Virus record (IMG/VR): IMGVR_UViG_3300044796_000141
Span: 36,323 to 100,322 of that record
Source of the DNA: a virus
DNA length: 64,000 nucleotides
Reading direction: 5' to 3' (one strand)
Shown here in pieces: positions 1 through 9,786 of the stretch. A program made the position numbers and the translations under genes. Numbering within the stretch: the stretch's first letter is position 1; every line of letters starts with the position of its first letter. A model generated the notes under the pieces. The model searched no databases. It was not told the DNA's origin and was given only the letters and a program-made list of their open reading frames with translations.

Positions 1-4
1 TTAT

Positions 5-361
5 ATGAAGAAAATTAAAAAATTTAAAGTAAAATCATTACCTCCAGAAGAAATTGCAAAAACACTTGGAGCTTCAAAAGAATATAACAAGGCATTATTG
101 CAACTTGGTCTTCCTAAAAAGATTCCAGAAAAAGAACAATGGCTTTGGGATAATCCAAAGGCGCTAGCTAGCGTTAAGCGTGGACTAAGACAAGCCGGCA
201 AAATGAAAGAAAGTTATGACGATGGTTATAATCAGGGCACAAAAGACCTTTGGAAACAAGTAAAATATATTGTTGCAATTGTTTCAATGGGCGCCACACC
301 AGGTGAGTCTTTAATTGACGAAGCTGACAGACTTATAGAAAAATTTCATAATAAGCGTTGA
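5..361 (+). CDS. Hypothetical protein
   Basis: Complete ORF in supplied track. Confidence 0.7.
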   Translation: MKKIKKFKVKSLPPEEIAKTLGASKEYNKALLQLGLPKKIPEKEQWLWDNPKALASVKRGLRQAGKMKESYDDGYNQGTKDLWKQVKYIVAIVSMGATPGESLIDEADRLIEKFHNKR

Positions 362-416
362 CTTTATCAAAAAATGATGATAATATCAGTTTTACATATA
401 CAAGGAGAAAAAATAT

Positions 417-600
417 ATGGCAACTAGAAAAGAAACAGAAGAAATTAAACCTATAGTGCTCGGCACTGATGCTCCTGTTGCTGGTGGTCGGGCCGGGCGG
501 CGGGAGTGGAGTGACATACATATGGTATACTACCGTCTCATCAACAACTGCTAATCCGCAATGGACTTGGAACCAAACTTATCTTAGTGGCGGAATTTAA
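417..600 (+). CDS. Small Gly-rich protein, requires +1 shift at in-frame CGG (489-491)
   Basis: Skipping C489 gives MATRKETEEIKPIVLGTDAPVAGGGPGGGSGVTYIWYTTVSSTTANPQWTWNQTYLSGGI*; recoded stop TAA 598-600 overlaps the next ATG at 600 (TAATG). Confidence 0.7.
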
Positions 601-914
601 TGAACAATAATTACAAAAATGACAAAGGACACATAACATTTGGAGTGCCTTCGCCTTTAGCAGAAGATTTTAAATCTACGAAAGATTCTGAAACTTTGCA
701 AGAAAAATATGCTACTAAAAAAGTTTGGGTATTGCTTTTTGGAACTGAACAGAGCATGTGTGGTTGCGCCGATGAAAGAATTGCCGGCGTTTATATTTCA
801 GAAGAAAAAGCAAAATTTGCAAAAAACGAAAAAGAATTAGATTTATTAAAACGAAACTATAATCACAGTACAAGAAAGCATTGGTATTTTATAGATTCTT
901 GGGACATAGAGTGA
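600..914 (+). CDS. Hypothetical protein
   Basis: ORF; coupled to upstream recoded gene. Confidence 0.7.
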   Translation: MNNNYKNDKGHITFGVPSPLAEDFKSTKDSETLQEKYATKKVWVLLFGTEQSMCGCADERIAGVYISEEKAKFAKNEKELDLLKRNYNHSTRKHWYFIDSWDIE

Positions 915-1318
915 AGACCAAAGAGCTAATTGCAATGCTCCAAGAAGAAGACCCTTCTGGCGAAGCTAATGTAATGACATCAGACGGTCCAGTTTATTTT
1001 TGCGAACTTAAACCTGGATGGTATGATGGTGCAGGATATGAACTTATCATTGACGAAAATAAAAAACCATACTACAGTGTTATTGGTATGCGAAGAGATA
1101 CAAGTACAGATAAAATTTGCATTCAGGGCTTAGACATTAGAGACATATTATTTGACGCCAGACCAGAAGAAAGAATGAATAAGTTAATTTGGGAATATAA
1201 AGGCGCGAACCCAAAGGGCTTAGAAGATTTTCTGGCCTACATAAAAGAAGTAAAAGAAAAAGTCCTAAAAGAGATAACAGATATAGAAATTGAATTAAAA
1301 AATTTGGATACTAAATGA
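911..1318 (+). CDS. Hypothetical protein (probable GTG start)
   Basis: ORF track 881..1318; GTG at 911 overlaps previous stop. Confidence 0.6.
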   Translation: MKTKELIAMLQEEDPSGEANVMTSDGPVYFCELKPGWYDGAGYELIIDENKKPYYSVIGMRRDTSTDKICIQGLDIRDILFDARPEERMNKLIWEYKGANPKGLEDFLAYIKEVKEKVLKEITDIEIELKNLDTK

Positions 1319-1488
1319 AAAAAGATACTAAAATAATTTTAGAAGGAATGGTTCAAGTAGCTTTGATTTTACGAAATCTTTGCATAGCTTGTGCGAAAAA
1401 TTCAAGCACAGAAGCTCAAATGTATTCAGATAATACGCAACACATAAATGAATTATATAAGCTAATCAACCAAACAATATCACAATGA
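1315..1488 (+). CDS. Small hypothetical protein
   Basis: ATG AAA AAA GAT... 57 aa, overlapping neighbours. Confidence 0.6.
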   Translation: MKKDTKIILEGMVQVALILRNLCIACAKNSSTEAQMYSDNTQHINELYKLINQTISQ

Positions 1489-1655
1489 ATTTAGAAGAGC
1501 TATCAGATATATTAGAACCGCGTGAAGAAATAGAAGAGTCCGCTTTTGATGAAGCGGCATTTCAAGCGATGCTAAGAGCGCCTGTACTTTTATTAAATAG
1601 AAATGTCGATTTGTCTCCCGGTGAAATACCTGTTATAAGAAATGTCAATCATTAA
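1485..1655 (+). CDS. Small protein MNLEELSDILEP..., member of MN-[ILA]-E/D-[EQD]-[LIF] N-terminal family
   Basis: Translated by eye; N-terminus matches the dispersed family. Confidence 0.6.
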   Translation: MNLEELSDILEPREEIEESAFDEAAFQAMLRAPVLLLNRNVDLSPGEIPVIRNVNH

Positions 1656-1748
1656 TGTTGTTGCCGGTGCTGACATCTTTAGTGTTAGAGTAGATAGCGT
1701 ACAATTAAAACAAGTAAAACAAAATAGAGATTATTAAAGAATTAGCCT

Positions 1749-2054
1749 ATGAAATGGGAATGCACAAACTGTCTTAAAGATATGCAAAATAACTTTAATC
1801 ATTTTGTTTACTATCGGGATGAGGGTGCAGCTCGCTCCAGCGATAAAGAAAACTTTATATGCGACCCTTGCTGGACTGAATGGGTCGGCTCCAAAATAAA
1901 ATCTTACACCTTAGCCTATTGTTCAGTCTGTAGAAAAGACCACTACGAAAACTTCTTTGGATATTATATTACTAGAGTTACAGCAAACAAATCCTATGAC
2001 TTTATGGTGTGTAAAAAGTGTTTGGAAGTTTGTATAGGCAAAGATAATATATGA
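1749..2054 (+). CDS. Cys-rich zinc-ribbon-like protein
   Basis: CTNC...CDPC...CSVC...CKKC. Confidence 0.65.
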   Translation: MKWECTNCLKDMQNNFNHFVYYRDEGAARSSDKENFICDPCWTEWVGSKIKSYTLAYCSVCRKDHYENFFGYYITRVTANKSYDFMVCKKCLEVCIGKDNI

Positions 2055-2389
2055 GTCATTCTCATGGTTCTATGCCGCCGTCATTCCAAGATAAGCATAA
2101 AGAATGCGCCAATTGCAATATCAAATTAGAAAAGAAAGACAAACACTTTCATTATTATCCAGGCAGACCTGGCACTTATAGAAATTATATTTGTACGCTC
2201 TGTTATTACAAATATATTCATAATGATATAGTAGAGCATTCGATGAATTTTTGTTCAATGTGTAAATTGAATGGCGGTAATAATTTCTTTAGATATTTCA
2301 TAAGTTATAGCGAAGCAGAAGAGATAGTGTATGAATTTATGATTTGCCAACTCTGCTTCTGTAAACGCGTAGGCATAGACAATATTTAA
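2051..2389 (+). CDS. Cys-rich zinc-ribbon-like protein, paralog of upstream ORF
   Basis: CANC...CTLC...CSMC...CQLC; same spacing pattern as 1749..2054. Confidence 0.65.
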   Translation: MSHSHGSMPPSFQDKHKECANCNIKLEKKDKHFHYYPGRPGTYRNYICTLCYYKYIHNDIVEHSMNFCSMCKLNGGNNFFRYFISYSEAEEIVYEFMICQLCFCKRVGIDNI

Positions 2390-2408
2390 TCCGCGCTTGG
2401 CGTATTTG

Positions 2409-2437
2409 TTGACAAATACTTCCACTTATGCTATTCT
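2409..2437 (+). promoter_or_regulatory. Sigma70-like promoter, extended -10
   Basis: TTGACA 2409-2414, 17-nt spacer, TGC-TATTCT. Confidence 0.65.
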
Positions 2438-2454
2438 TACGCGAGGGAGCTAAA

Positions 2455-2793
2455 ATGAATAAAAATATTAAAAAATGGGTAGAAGCACTTCGTTCAGGCG
2501 AATATAGACAAACTAGAGGCAAGCTTCGTACTAGCAAGACCAATGGTGGCTATTGTTGTTTAGGTGTCCTTTGCGATGTTTTCCAAAAAGAAACTGGCGT
2601 AGGCGAATGGAAAAATAGTCCTCCATATCAAGAAAATATGAAATTTTTGAATCAAGCTGAGAATCCACCAATCAAAGTAAGAAAATGGGTCGGATTAAAT
2701 TATAAAGAAATGAAAAAACTTATTGCCTTAAATGATGGTAGTCATTACAACTTTGCAAAAATTGCAGACTATATAGAAAAAAATATTAAGTAA
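2455..2793 (+). CDS. Conserved phage-type hypothetical (KWVEALRSGEYRQTRGKLR...YCCLGVLCDV)
   Basis: ORF 2428..2793, likely start ATG 2455; characteristic YCCLGVLCDV sequence. Confidence 0.7.
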   Translation: MNKNIKKWVEALRSGEYRQTRGKLRTSKTNGGYCCLGVLCDVFQKETGVGEWKNSPPYQENMKFLNQAENPPIKVRKWVGLNYKEMKKLIALNDGSHYNFAKIADYIEKNIK

Positions 2794-2799
2794 TTGCAA

Positions 2800-3000
2800 T
2801 GGGGCAACGCGGAAGGACGCGTAGCAAATGGCAGCAGTGACGAAATGAAGCGGTCGTCATCTCTGGTAACAGAGGGGACATGTGGACGACCCTAGGCGCA
2901 CAAGGGGCGCAACTAGAGCGCGATTATTGTCAGGTCGCCCGGAATCCCGGTTCAAAGCCGGAGCGGAAACGGTCACTAGTAGGTACTCAAGCCCTACCCC
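2800..3000 (+). ncRNA. Candidate structured non-coding RNA of unknown class
   Basis: No long ORF; hairpins ACGCG/CGCGT 2807-2822, GGTCGTC/GACGACC 2852-2891 enclosing CTCTG-gtaa-CAGAG, CCGG-ttcaaag-CCGG 2947-2961. Confidence 0.5.
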
Positions 3001-3011
3001 CGTTATTTATA

Positions 3012-3041
3012 TTGACAAACTGAATAGTTGTATGCTACAAT
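3012..3041 (+). promoter_or_regulatory. Sigma70-like promoter, extended -10
   Basis: TTGACA 3012-3017, 18-nt spacer, TGC-TACAAT; ATG only 7 nt after the -10. Confidence 0.7.
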
Positions 3042-3047
3042 AAGAAA

Positions 3048-3692
3048 ATGGCACAAAATATTAATGAACCAACCGATACAACTACAAGTAAATGGTTGGC
3101 TATTATGACAACTATTCTCGCAACCAATGACGGTACAAAGATAATCAATAATTTATTATTGTTGATTCATATCACTATACAAGAAAAATATTCTTTAGTT
3201 ATTTTTTGGTTTATTTGTTTTTGGTCGTATCGTTTTATAGTACCTAAAAAAAAACATAAAGAAAAAGAAATTCCAATATCCTTTTCAAAAATAGCTAAAA
3301 AACAAAGAATAATTGACATAGTTTCTAGTTTGGGATTAATCTTAATAAGAGAATTTATATTAGATAAATTAGGTGTATTATATTATGAAAGTTTCGCGCG
3401 CCCAAAACCATGGTATGAAAAAAGCACTTGGAATGCCGCAACACCTGAATCAATTGCAAGCCATGAAAAAAATATTGATTGGTTGGACAGAATAAGATTT
3501 AAAAATGGCATCGCTAAAGAATACCAATATTCGCGTGACCATAAAACTTTAACCGTAAAAGAAACAGAACCTAATGAAATTGCATTTAAAGATACTATTG
3601 GAGATATGCAAAAAGAATTTTTAGTACTTCTTTTTGCTTCTAATCATTTTCCTTTTTGGTATTTGATAAGAAAATTAAAAAGAATTAAATGA
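3048..3692 (+). CDS. Predicted membrane protein
   Basis: ORF with hydrophobic segments (IIWFICFWSYRFIV, IVSSLGLILI). Confidence 0.65.
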   Translation: MAQNINEPTDTTTSKWLAIMTTILATNDGTKIINNLLLLIHITIQEKYSLVIFWFICFWSYRFIVPKKKHKEKEIPISFSKIAKKQRIIDIVSSLGLILIREFILDKLGVLYYESFARPKPWYEKSTWNAATPESIASHEKNIDWLDRIRFKNGIAKEYQYSRDHKTLTVKETEPNEIAFKDTIGDMQKEFLVLLFASNHFPFWYLIRKLKRIK

Positions 3693-4478
3693 ACGAGCAA
3701 GACTTCAAACAAACCTTAACTGGAACTATATATCGAATTGTATTCCCTAATGGTAAAGTATACATCGGGCAAACAATCCAGAATGTAAAAGACAGATTCG
3801 GGTCTCATAAAAAAGACGCCTATCACGATGCCAATCCGGCCTATTATACTCTTATAGGAAAAGCAATTCGTAAATACGGTAAAGAAAATATTAAATTAGA
3901 AATCCTTCATGAAAAAATTCAATGGGATGATTTAGACAATTTAGAAATATCTGAAATTAAAAACCATAGCTCTATGGACCCCGCCAAGGGGTATAATATG
4001 ACCGAAGGACGGACACTTTAACCAGCGCAATGCCGACAAGGCCAAAGAGAACTTTGAGCGTTATTTATCTGATAAAAAAATAAAAGAAAAATTAGAAATA
4101 ATAAAAACGCAAAAAAGAGCATTAACTAATTTTGAAAAGAATTTAAAGAAAGACTTAACTCAATTTGTTAACAGCCAAGATAATACTAAAGAAGAAGAAT
4201 TAGAAACTATAAGAAATAGGTTTTTGTTTGCCAAAAAACAAAAAGAAATTAATCAAAGTTTAGCAAATGGAACCAGGCAAAAATCATCGCAATATAGAGG
4301 CGTGTGTTACGACAAGCAACACGACAAATGGAAAGCTTCAATTAAATATCAAGGTAAAAAAATACATATAGGGCAATTTAAAACGCAAGAAGACGCTGCA
4401 TTAGCTTATAATAACAAAGCAATTCAATTATTAGGTAATAAAGCTGTATTAAACGTTATCAATTATCCTATACCATAA
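3689..4478 (+). CDS. GIY-YIG homing endonuclease with C-terminal AP2-like DNA-binding domain, joined by +1 shift at CGG 4010-4012
   Basis: N-term GTIYRIVFPNGKVYIGQT...GYNMTEG|GHFNQRN...; skipping C4010 fuses in frame with ORF 4224..4478 (SSQYRGVCYDKQHDKWKASIKYQGKKIHIGQFKTQEDAALAYN). Confidence 0.85.
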
Positions 4479-4633
4479 ATTTTTATTCCCGTATTTTTCG
4501 ACGCAATAGGAATAGCGGGTTCACTTACAATTTCAGAAAACTTTATATGTTTGTTGTTATGTCCATTGAGGCGTTATATACCCCTTAATTAAGCGCTGAA
4601 CCCGCACCTTAATTGCGTGGTATACGCCTTGCT

Positions 4634-4695
4634 AATGCATATCATATGCCAGTCACGCATTGTAACGCATTAGGTTATGGCATATGATATGCATT
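4634..4695. repeat. 17-bp perfect inverted repeat with 28-nt spacer
   Basis: AATGCATATCATATGCC (4634-4650) / GGCATATGATATGCATT (4679-4695). Confidence 0.85.
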
Positions 4696-5649
4696 GCTTA
4701 TATATTATACTAAGAGTTATAAGGCTATGAGCAACGCGTTATAATATGCGCGTGTCTATCCCTTGACTACTGCTTACTATTGCAATGCCAATGCCTTTCT
4801 GTCACTCACTATTCTATAACAATATCAATAGGTTACACTTGGCATAAGAATTGCCCTGCATTGTATAGACTCACAAACTGGAATAACCTGTTATAAGAAT
4901 TAAGTAATCGTTTTCTTTAGCACGCACAAACCATGCCATTTAGATTGCGTTTAGAATGCATTACATATTGCGTATGTATGCGTAAGATAACCCTTGACAC
5001 TAGCTTTAATGTATGCATTAGGATTGCGCGTGCTTACAAAGATATTAACTTCTCAGTTGTCAAGTAAAATCTAAAGCTTAGTTTAAATTATACACCATAG
5101 GGAAACACTAAGCGAACGCATATCCTAACGCGTTGTGTTATACCTATACAATACCTTAACATATCTGCTTAACTCCCGCATAAAGAGCGCGTTTATATGC
5201 GTTGTAAGTGCTGCAATAGTCTGTCAGTATACACGCGCACATAACGCAGTGTGTTACGCAGAGCTTTAAGCTTATATAAAACATATACTAATGTTTAATC
5301 TAAACGTATAGGTATGCATCTATCTGGCATGAGTAATGCAGATATAATAATACTATAAGCATTTACCTTGCAAGTATTATACCTATGGTGTATAATGATT
5401 ATATATTCATATGGTATCTGCTATCCTTATGTATGTGTTTCGGTATTGAATGCCGCTCAAATGGAGTGCAGTTGCTATCATGTACGCTTGCCGGTCTAAT
5501 GCGTTGAATAACGCGCACGGGGCGCCTAGTCTCTGTCCTAGTATGCCTATGGGTTAGCGTGGTTCTAATCGCCTTTAAACCGCTCGCGCTCAACTTGGCA
5601 TAGGAGCAGTGCGTCAAGAGCACCCATAACTATGCAAAAAAGTCAATAG

Positions 5650-5838
5650 TGACGTTTCTTGTCAGTTTTCTCCTATACTATCCGTAAACTAATCGCCTAT
5701 CCTACTGAATACTATAAGAATTTATAAGAGTGACGTTTTTTGCTCCCCTAGGCGCAAATTGTCACCTGTTTTTCCCTAATGTTTTCCGCCCCTTAGATGT
5801 TTCGCGTGCTTAATGGGTGACGTTTCTTGTCAGTTTTC
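5650..5838. repeat. 21-bp direct repeat in a ~2 kb non-coding region
   Basis: TGACGTTTCTTGTCAGTTTTC at 5650-5670 and 5818-5838; a third TGACGTTT near 5731. Confidence 0.8.
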
Positions 5839-6527
5839 GTTCTGCTTAATAAGCGCCACCCCTTGAATTCATTGGGTTTTCTATTAGATTTTTAGCTTGG
5901 CACTTGCTATGCATTTACTTAGAATCACATAGACGCCGCAAACAACCGATAAAAGGTTAGATGCGCTAGCGAAACGGTTAAACCGTGTAGCTATTAAATG
6001 TCGCGACTTGCAAGGCTCTAGCGGGCCAAGGTTAACAAGTCTAGGTGATGCGCTCCAAGGTGGCGCATGACTGAGCCTAATAGGGTAAGGCAATCCTAGG
6101 GAATGACCTGCTAGCGGCTTAGATAAACCATGTGCGCCGCTACACCGCAAGTGCATATAGAGTAGCTAAAACCATTCGATTGCTTAGATACATAAACAAT
6201 ATTTAAGCGTTGTCTGTTAGTGGACTATAACAGTAGTGGCTTGCGTGATTAAATGAATTTTGTTTCACTTTAGCCGCTTTCACAGGGTTAGACGGTCGCA
6301 ACCTTCCCGCGCTATGTGCTCGCGTTGTTTAACGCTAGCTGATGTTGAGCCGCATACGCTCGCGACCGAGATTAAATAGCTTTACAATTGCGGATTAAAC
6401 GCAGTTGTGTTTTCTCGCATCGCATTAGCCTGTTAGCCTTGTGCTAGCGTGTTAGTGCGATGCACAGTCAACATAACTTGACTAAGATTTTAAACCGTGC
6501 AAATGTGCACACAACAAAGGATAATAT

Positions 6528-6839
6528 ATGAACAGCATTGTTAATACCATTCTCGCTCGCCTTGCCTCGCAATTTGCCTCAAATGTTGGCACAACTGGTA
6601 GCGGCACCTTGTCGCATGATACTTTGCTCGCTATGGCGTGCGACCTTGGCTTGACTGAGCGCAAGCGCAAAGTGGGCACGGTTGCAACGCTTGCCGGTTG
6701 TGAGTATGTCGGCGCGGATATGCGCGAAGTAGTGGAAGCGACAAAGGAAGCGCGCGAAGCGGCTAAAATCGACGCGCAGATTGCTAAGCTTACTGCTAAG
6801 CGCGAGCAATTGGCGAGCGGTAACGCAGCACAAGCTTAA
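6528..6839 (+). CDS. Small protein, member A of four-copy paralogous family
   Basis: LSHDTLLAMACDLGLTERKRKVGTVATLAGCEYV...QIAKLTAKREQLA resembles 9319, 11665 and 11905 ORFs. Confidence 0.75.
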   Translation: MNSIVNTILARLASQFASNVGTTGSGTLSHDTLLAMACDLGLTERKRKVGTVATLAGCEYVGADMREVVEATKEAREAAKIDAQIAKLTAKREQLASGNAAQA

Positions 6840-6854
6840 TTGCTTATAGTGCTT

Positions 6855-6870
6855 CTAAGCGAAAGCTTAG
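6855..6870 (+). other. Hairpin with GNRA tetraloop
   Basis: CTAAGC-gaaa-GCTTAG. Confidence 0.5.
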
Positions 6871-6904
6871 GGGCATTAGTAAACAACTAAGAAAGGATTA
6901 AGCA

Positions 6905-7078
6905 ATGATACAAAACAAAGTAACGAAAGCTTTCGCTATTGTTGTGCGCATGGTCGAAAAAGAAAAAGAATTGTCCGGCGAGTATCAAGGCAATCAATGG
7001 GCAATCCAATTTGCAGCCGAGCACGTGAAGCTTAATAGCGATGAATTGCGCCGCTTGACTAACCTTTGTAACCTGTGA
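6905..7078 (+). CDS. Small hypothetical protein
   Basis: MIQNKVTKAFAIVVRMVEKEKELSGEYQGNQWAIQFAAEHVKLNSDELRRLTNLCNL*. Confidence 0.6.
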   Translation: MIQNKVTKAFAIVVRMVEKEKELSGEYQGNQWAIQFAAEHVKLNSDELRRLTNLCNL

Positions 7079-7090
7079 AAGGGTAATGAC

Positions 7091-7282
7091 ATGACGAAAA
7101 AAGATTATGAATTGATTGCACGCAATTTTAGGACCACAATGGCCACGGCTAAGCGATTGAAAGCGGACGCAAGCGCGGGAATGATTCTAGTGCTAGCGAA
7201 TAGCCTAGCCGCTGATTTAGCGATTGATAACCCGCGCTTTAATCGCGAGACATTCCTTAGCGCTTGTGGTATTGCATACTAA
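7091..7282 (+). CDS. Small hypothetical protein
   Basis: ORF track. Confidence 0.6.
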   Translation: MTKKDYELIARNFRTTMATAKRLKADASAGMILVLANSLAADLAIDNPRFNRETFLSACGIAY

Positions 7283-7297
7283 CGAAAGGGTAAACAT

Positions 7298-7528
7298 ATG
7301 TCAGATTATAACGGTTGGTCTAATTGGGATACATGGAACACTAACCTTTATCTAAACAATGATGAGGGGAGTTATTTTGCGGCGCGTGCTATCTGCCGCA
7401 AAGACCATCGCCCTAGCTGCGAAAAAGATTTAGAAGCATTGGCGCGCGAGATTGTGCCGACTAGTGAAGGTATAGACTTTAATGATGTTGACTGGCAAGA
7501 AATTATTAAAGGTTTCAACGAAGATTAA
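7298..7528 (+). CDS. Conserved small phage protein (NGWSNWDTWNTNLYLNND)
   Basis: SNWDTWNT...N motif seen in phage/plasmid small proteins. Confidence 0.65.
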   Translation: MSDYNGWSNWDTWNTNLYLNNDEGSYFAARAICRKDHRPSCEKDLEALAREIVPTSEGIDFNDVDWQEIIKGFNED

Positions 7529-7544
7529 ACGCTTATAATGTATA

Positions 7545-7628
7545 TAATTGGGTTGTCTCTCTGAACGCGGCGTAAAATGTGGGAATGAATAAAGTTAACG
7601 CGGGAATTAGTACCACATAACCCAATTA
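7545..7628 (+). ncRNA. Structured 5' element before metalloprotease-like lipoprotein gene
   Basis: TAATTGGGTT 7545-7554 pairs AACCCAATTA 7619-7628; ATGTGG 7577-7582 pairs CCACAT 7613-7618 (contiguous 3' strand, 22-nt 5' bulge). Confidence 0.5.
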
Positions 7629-7673
7629 GCTACATTATTAAACGCTTAATGATTATATAATCAGGGAGCCTAT

Positions 7674-8240
7674 ATGAAATTTGTAATCGTTATCTTATTC
7701 GCACTGCTTACCGCGTGCCGCATTACCACACAAACCTTTAACACTAAGGCAGAGAGTAACGCGCTAGACGTTGCGAGCCTTGCTAACGCTGTAGACTTTG
7801 CTAACAGTGTCGCCGGTTGCGAAATGATTAGAATGGATGACAAGGTAGCGGCTAACTTTACCTTTTCAACCGATAAGGAATGTGAAAGCACACTTAAAAA
7901 TAACACTTGTCCAGGGGGGCAATGTGAAGGTATTACATACTGGAGCATTGCAACGCAGCCGACTATCTGCGCGCGCTCATATGCGGTTTATCCGTGGTCG
8001 TTTGCATGGTCTAACAATGATGTGAGCAATAAAGATGCGGCTGCTTATGTTACCTATTTACACGAAATAGGACATGCGGCCGGGCTTGACCATACAAAGC
8101 GAGTGGGTGATATCATGTATCAGGAAGTTGTAAGCGATGGTCAAGTTTACAACTTTGATAGCGTTGAACGATTTATTAAACAACTGAAGGATAACGGCAA
8201 TAAATGCTTGCCGCCTAAAGGAAATAAAAATGTCAACTAA
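7674..8240 (+). CDS. Metzincin-like metalloprotease lipoprotein
   Basis: Signal peptide with LTAC lipobox; HEIGHAAGLDH (HExxHxxGxxH) and downstream IMY. Confidence 0.85.
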   Translation: MKFVIVILFALLTACRITTQTFNTKAESNALDVASLANAVDFANSVAGCEMIRMDDKVAANFTFSTDKECESTLKNNTCPGGQCEGITYWSIATQPTICARSYAVYPWSFAWSNNDVSNKDAAAYVTYLHEIGHAAGLDHTKRVGDIMYQEVVSDGQVYNFDSVERFIKQLKDNGNKCLPPKGNKNVN

Positions 8241-8823
8241 ATATTATATAATTATGTTTATGATGGCTGCTTGCCGCGACCCTTTCGCGCCCGCTGATGT
8301 CCTTTGCCATGATTACAACGCAATTGAACGCACCACAGTTAACTTGGCGCCGCAAGCGACTGTTGATTGCGTAGTGAATGCCATGAATGAGGCGCTAGAG
8401 TGTGAGCAATTTAGCGTTAATGGCTTGACAGTTACTAACAAAATTACTAACGCAATGATTACAATTCATTTTGTTAGCCACGATATCACGGCAACTAATA
8501 ATGAATTGCCTTCGGCTGAACAAAGCGAAGTGAAAAAGACTGGAGATTATTGCGGCTATACATTCAACACAAAAGCGGGCGCTAATCCTACATATGATAT
8601 TTATGTTGATAACGGCAATGATGCTAGCAATGATGCGCCAAGTATTCTCGCGCATGAGTTAGGCCATTCAATGCTCTTGACATTCCCTGATAATCCTACG
8701 GATAGTGTTCACTCGCTTGATGTCAATAACTTAATGTATTATTCAGGCACACCATTTTTGTCTAAGTCTAATCTCGCTACAATGGCGAATGAATTGCAAC
8801 AACAAAACTTAACCTGTAAATAA
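8230..8823 (+). CDS. Metalloprotease-like lipoprotein, paralog of upstream gene
   Basis: Short N-term with MAAC; ILAHELGHSM...LMYY. Confidence 0.75.
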   Translation: MSTKYYIIMFMMAACRDPFAPADVLCHDYNAIERTTVNLAPQATVDCVVNAMNEALECEQFSVNGLTVTNKITNAMITIHFVSHDITATNNELPSAEQSEVKKTGDYCGYTFNTKAGANPTYDIYVDNGNDASNDAPSILAHELGHSMLLTFPDNPTDSVHSLDVNNLMYYSGTPFLSKSNLATMANELQQQNLTCK

Positions 8824-8956
8824 AGGAAATTTATATGAACACTAAAGAAAAAATTATCTCTTCATTCTTTGCCGCGTCTATTGTCCTTAGTTCATTCGGT
8901 ATCGTTGCGGCGTGGGCGCATTGTTTGGCAGTCATTCACGGATAATAGGGGGATAT

Positions 8957-9196
8957 ATGAAAGACTGGATTATTACTCGCATTGCAAAAAATCTTGATAC
9001 GCGGTCCGCTAAAGAATTCCCATTGCGCATCGAAGGTGTAAACCTTAATGCGAGCGCGCTAATGTATGGCGATACTAATCGCTATTTTGAATGGCGTGTG
9101 CGCGATGTTTATGACTCGCGTTATGATATCGGTAAAGCAGTCATCGCCGATGATGTGCCGCTAGTTCTAATGCAAGAGTGTAGACGCAACGGCTAA
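8957..9196 (+). CDS. Hypothetical protein
   Basis: ORF track 8912..9196, likely ATG at 8957. Confidence 0.55.
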   Translation: MKDWIITRIAKNLDTRSAKEFPLRIEGVNLNASALMYGDTNRYFEWRVRDVYDSRYDIGKAVIADDVPLVLMQECRRNG

Positions 9197-9363
9197 GCTT
9201 AATCGTATCGCAGAAATGAAAGGCACCTAAACGAAATAAAAAATTACACTATCTACTTGCATTGGTTTTCTAGTTGTCTTACAGTATCTACACGGCATGA
9301 CTTGCAATTTCGCCAGCCATGCCACAAACAAGGGCGCAAGCCCAAAAAAGAAAAGGGTTTTAT

Positions 9364-9693
9364 ATGTCGAATACTACTGAATTGTCTAAGGAAGCGGTTT
9401 TGGGTCAAATTTTTAACAAGCTTGGCACGGTGGGCGCTAAGGCGTTTGGCGTCTCTCTGTCAGTCGAAACGCTGACCGAGGTTGCGCATGAGGCGCAGCT
9501 TATTTCGCGCGAGCGTGGTCGCTATGGCGGGTCTAATCCGACCCAAGCTGGTTGCGACTTCGTGAGTGTTGACTTCGATGCGTATCAAACGGCGAACGCT
9601 GATAACCGCGAAGCCACGAAATTGGCGAATAAAATCGCAAAGCTGCAAGCCAAGCAAGCCGAAATGGTTGCGGGCAAGACGCAAGCGGCGTAA
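9364..9693 (+). CDS. Small protein, member B of four-copy paralogous family
   Basis: VLGQIFNKL...SVETLTEVAHEAQLISRERGRYGGSNPTQAGCDFV...KIAKLQAKQAEM. Confidence 0.75.
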   Translation: MSNTTELSKEAVLGQIFNKLGTVGAKAFGVSLSVETLTEVAHEAQLISRERGRYGGSNPTQAGCDFVSVDFDAYQTANADNREATKLANKIAKLQAKQAEMVAGKTQAA

Positions 9694-9786
9694 CAACTAA
9701 ATAAATAACTTAACCCCTTATGGGAATAAGACATAGCTACTAGTTAACTATGTAAAAAGGTTAGTGGGCTATCCTTAAAACCACAA

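Noticed and set aside
2947-2961. T-arm-like CCGG-TTCAAAG-CCGG as a tRNA
   Set aside because: No compatible acceptor, D or anticodon arms around it.
5884-6156. Minus-strand ORFs at 5399..5623, 5884..6156 and 6482..6679
   Set aside because: No recognisable motifs or operon context; probably random open frames in the non-coding region or antisense to 6528.
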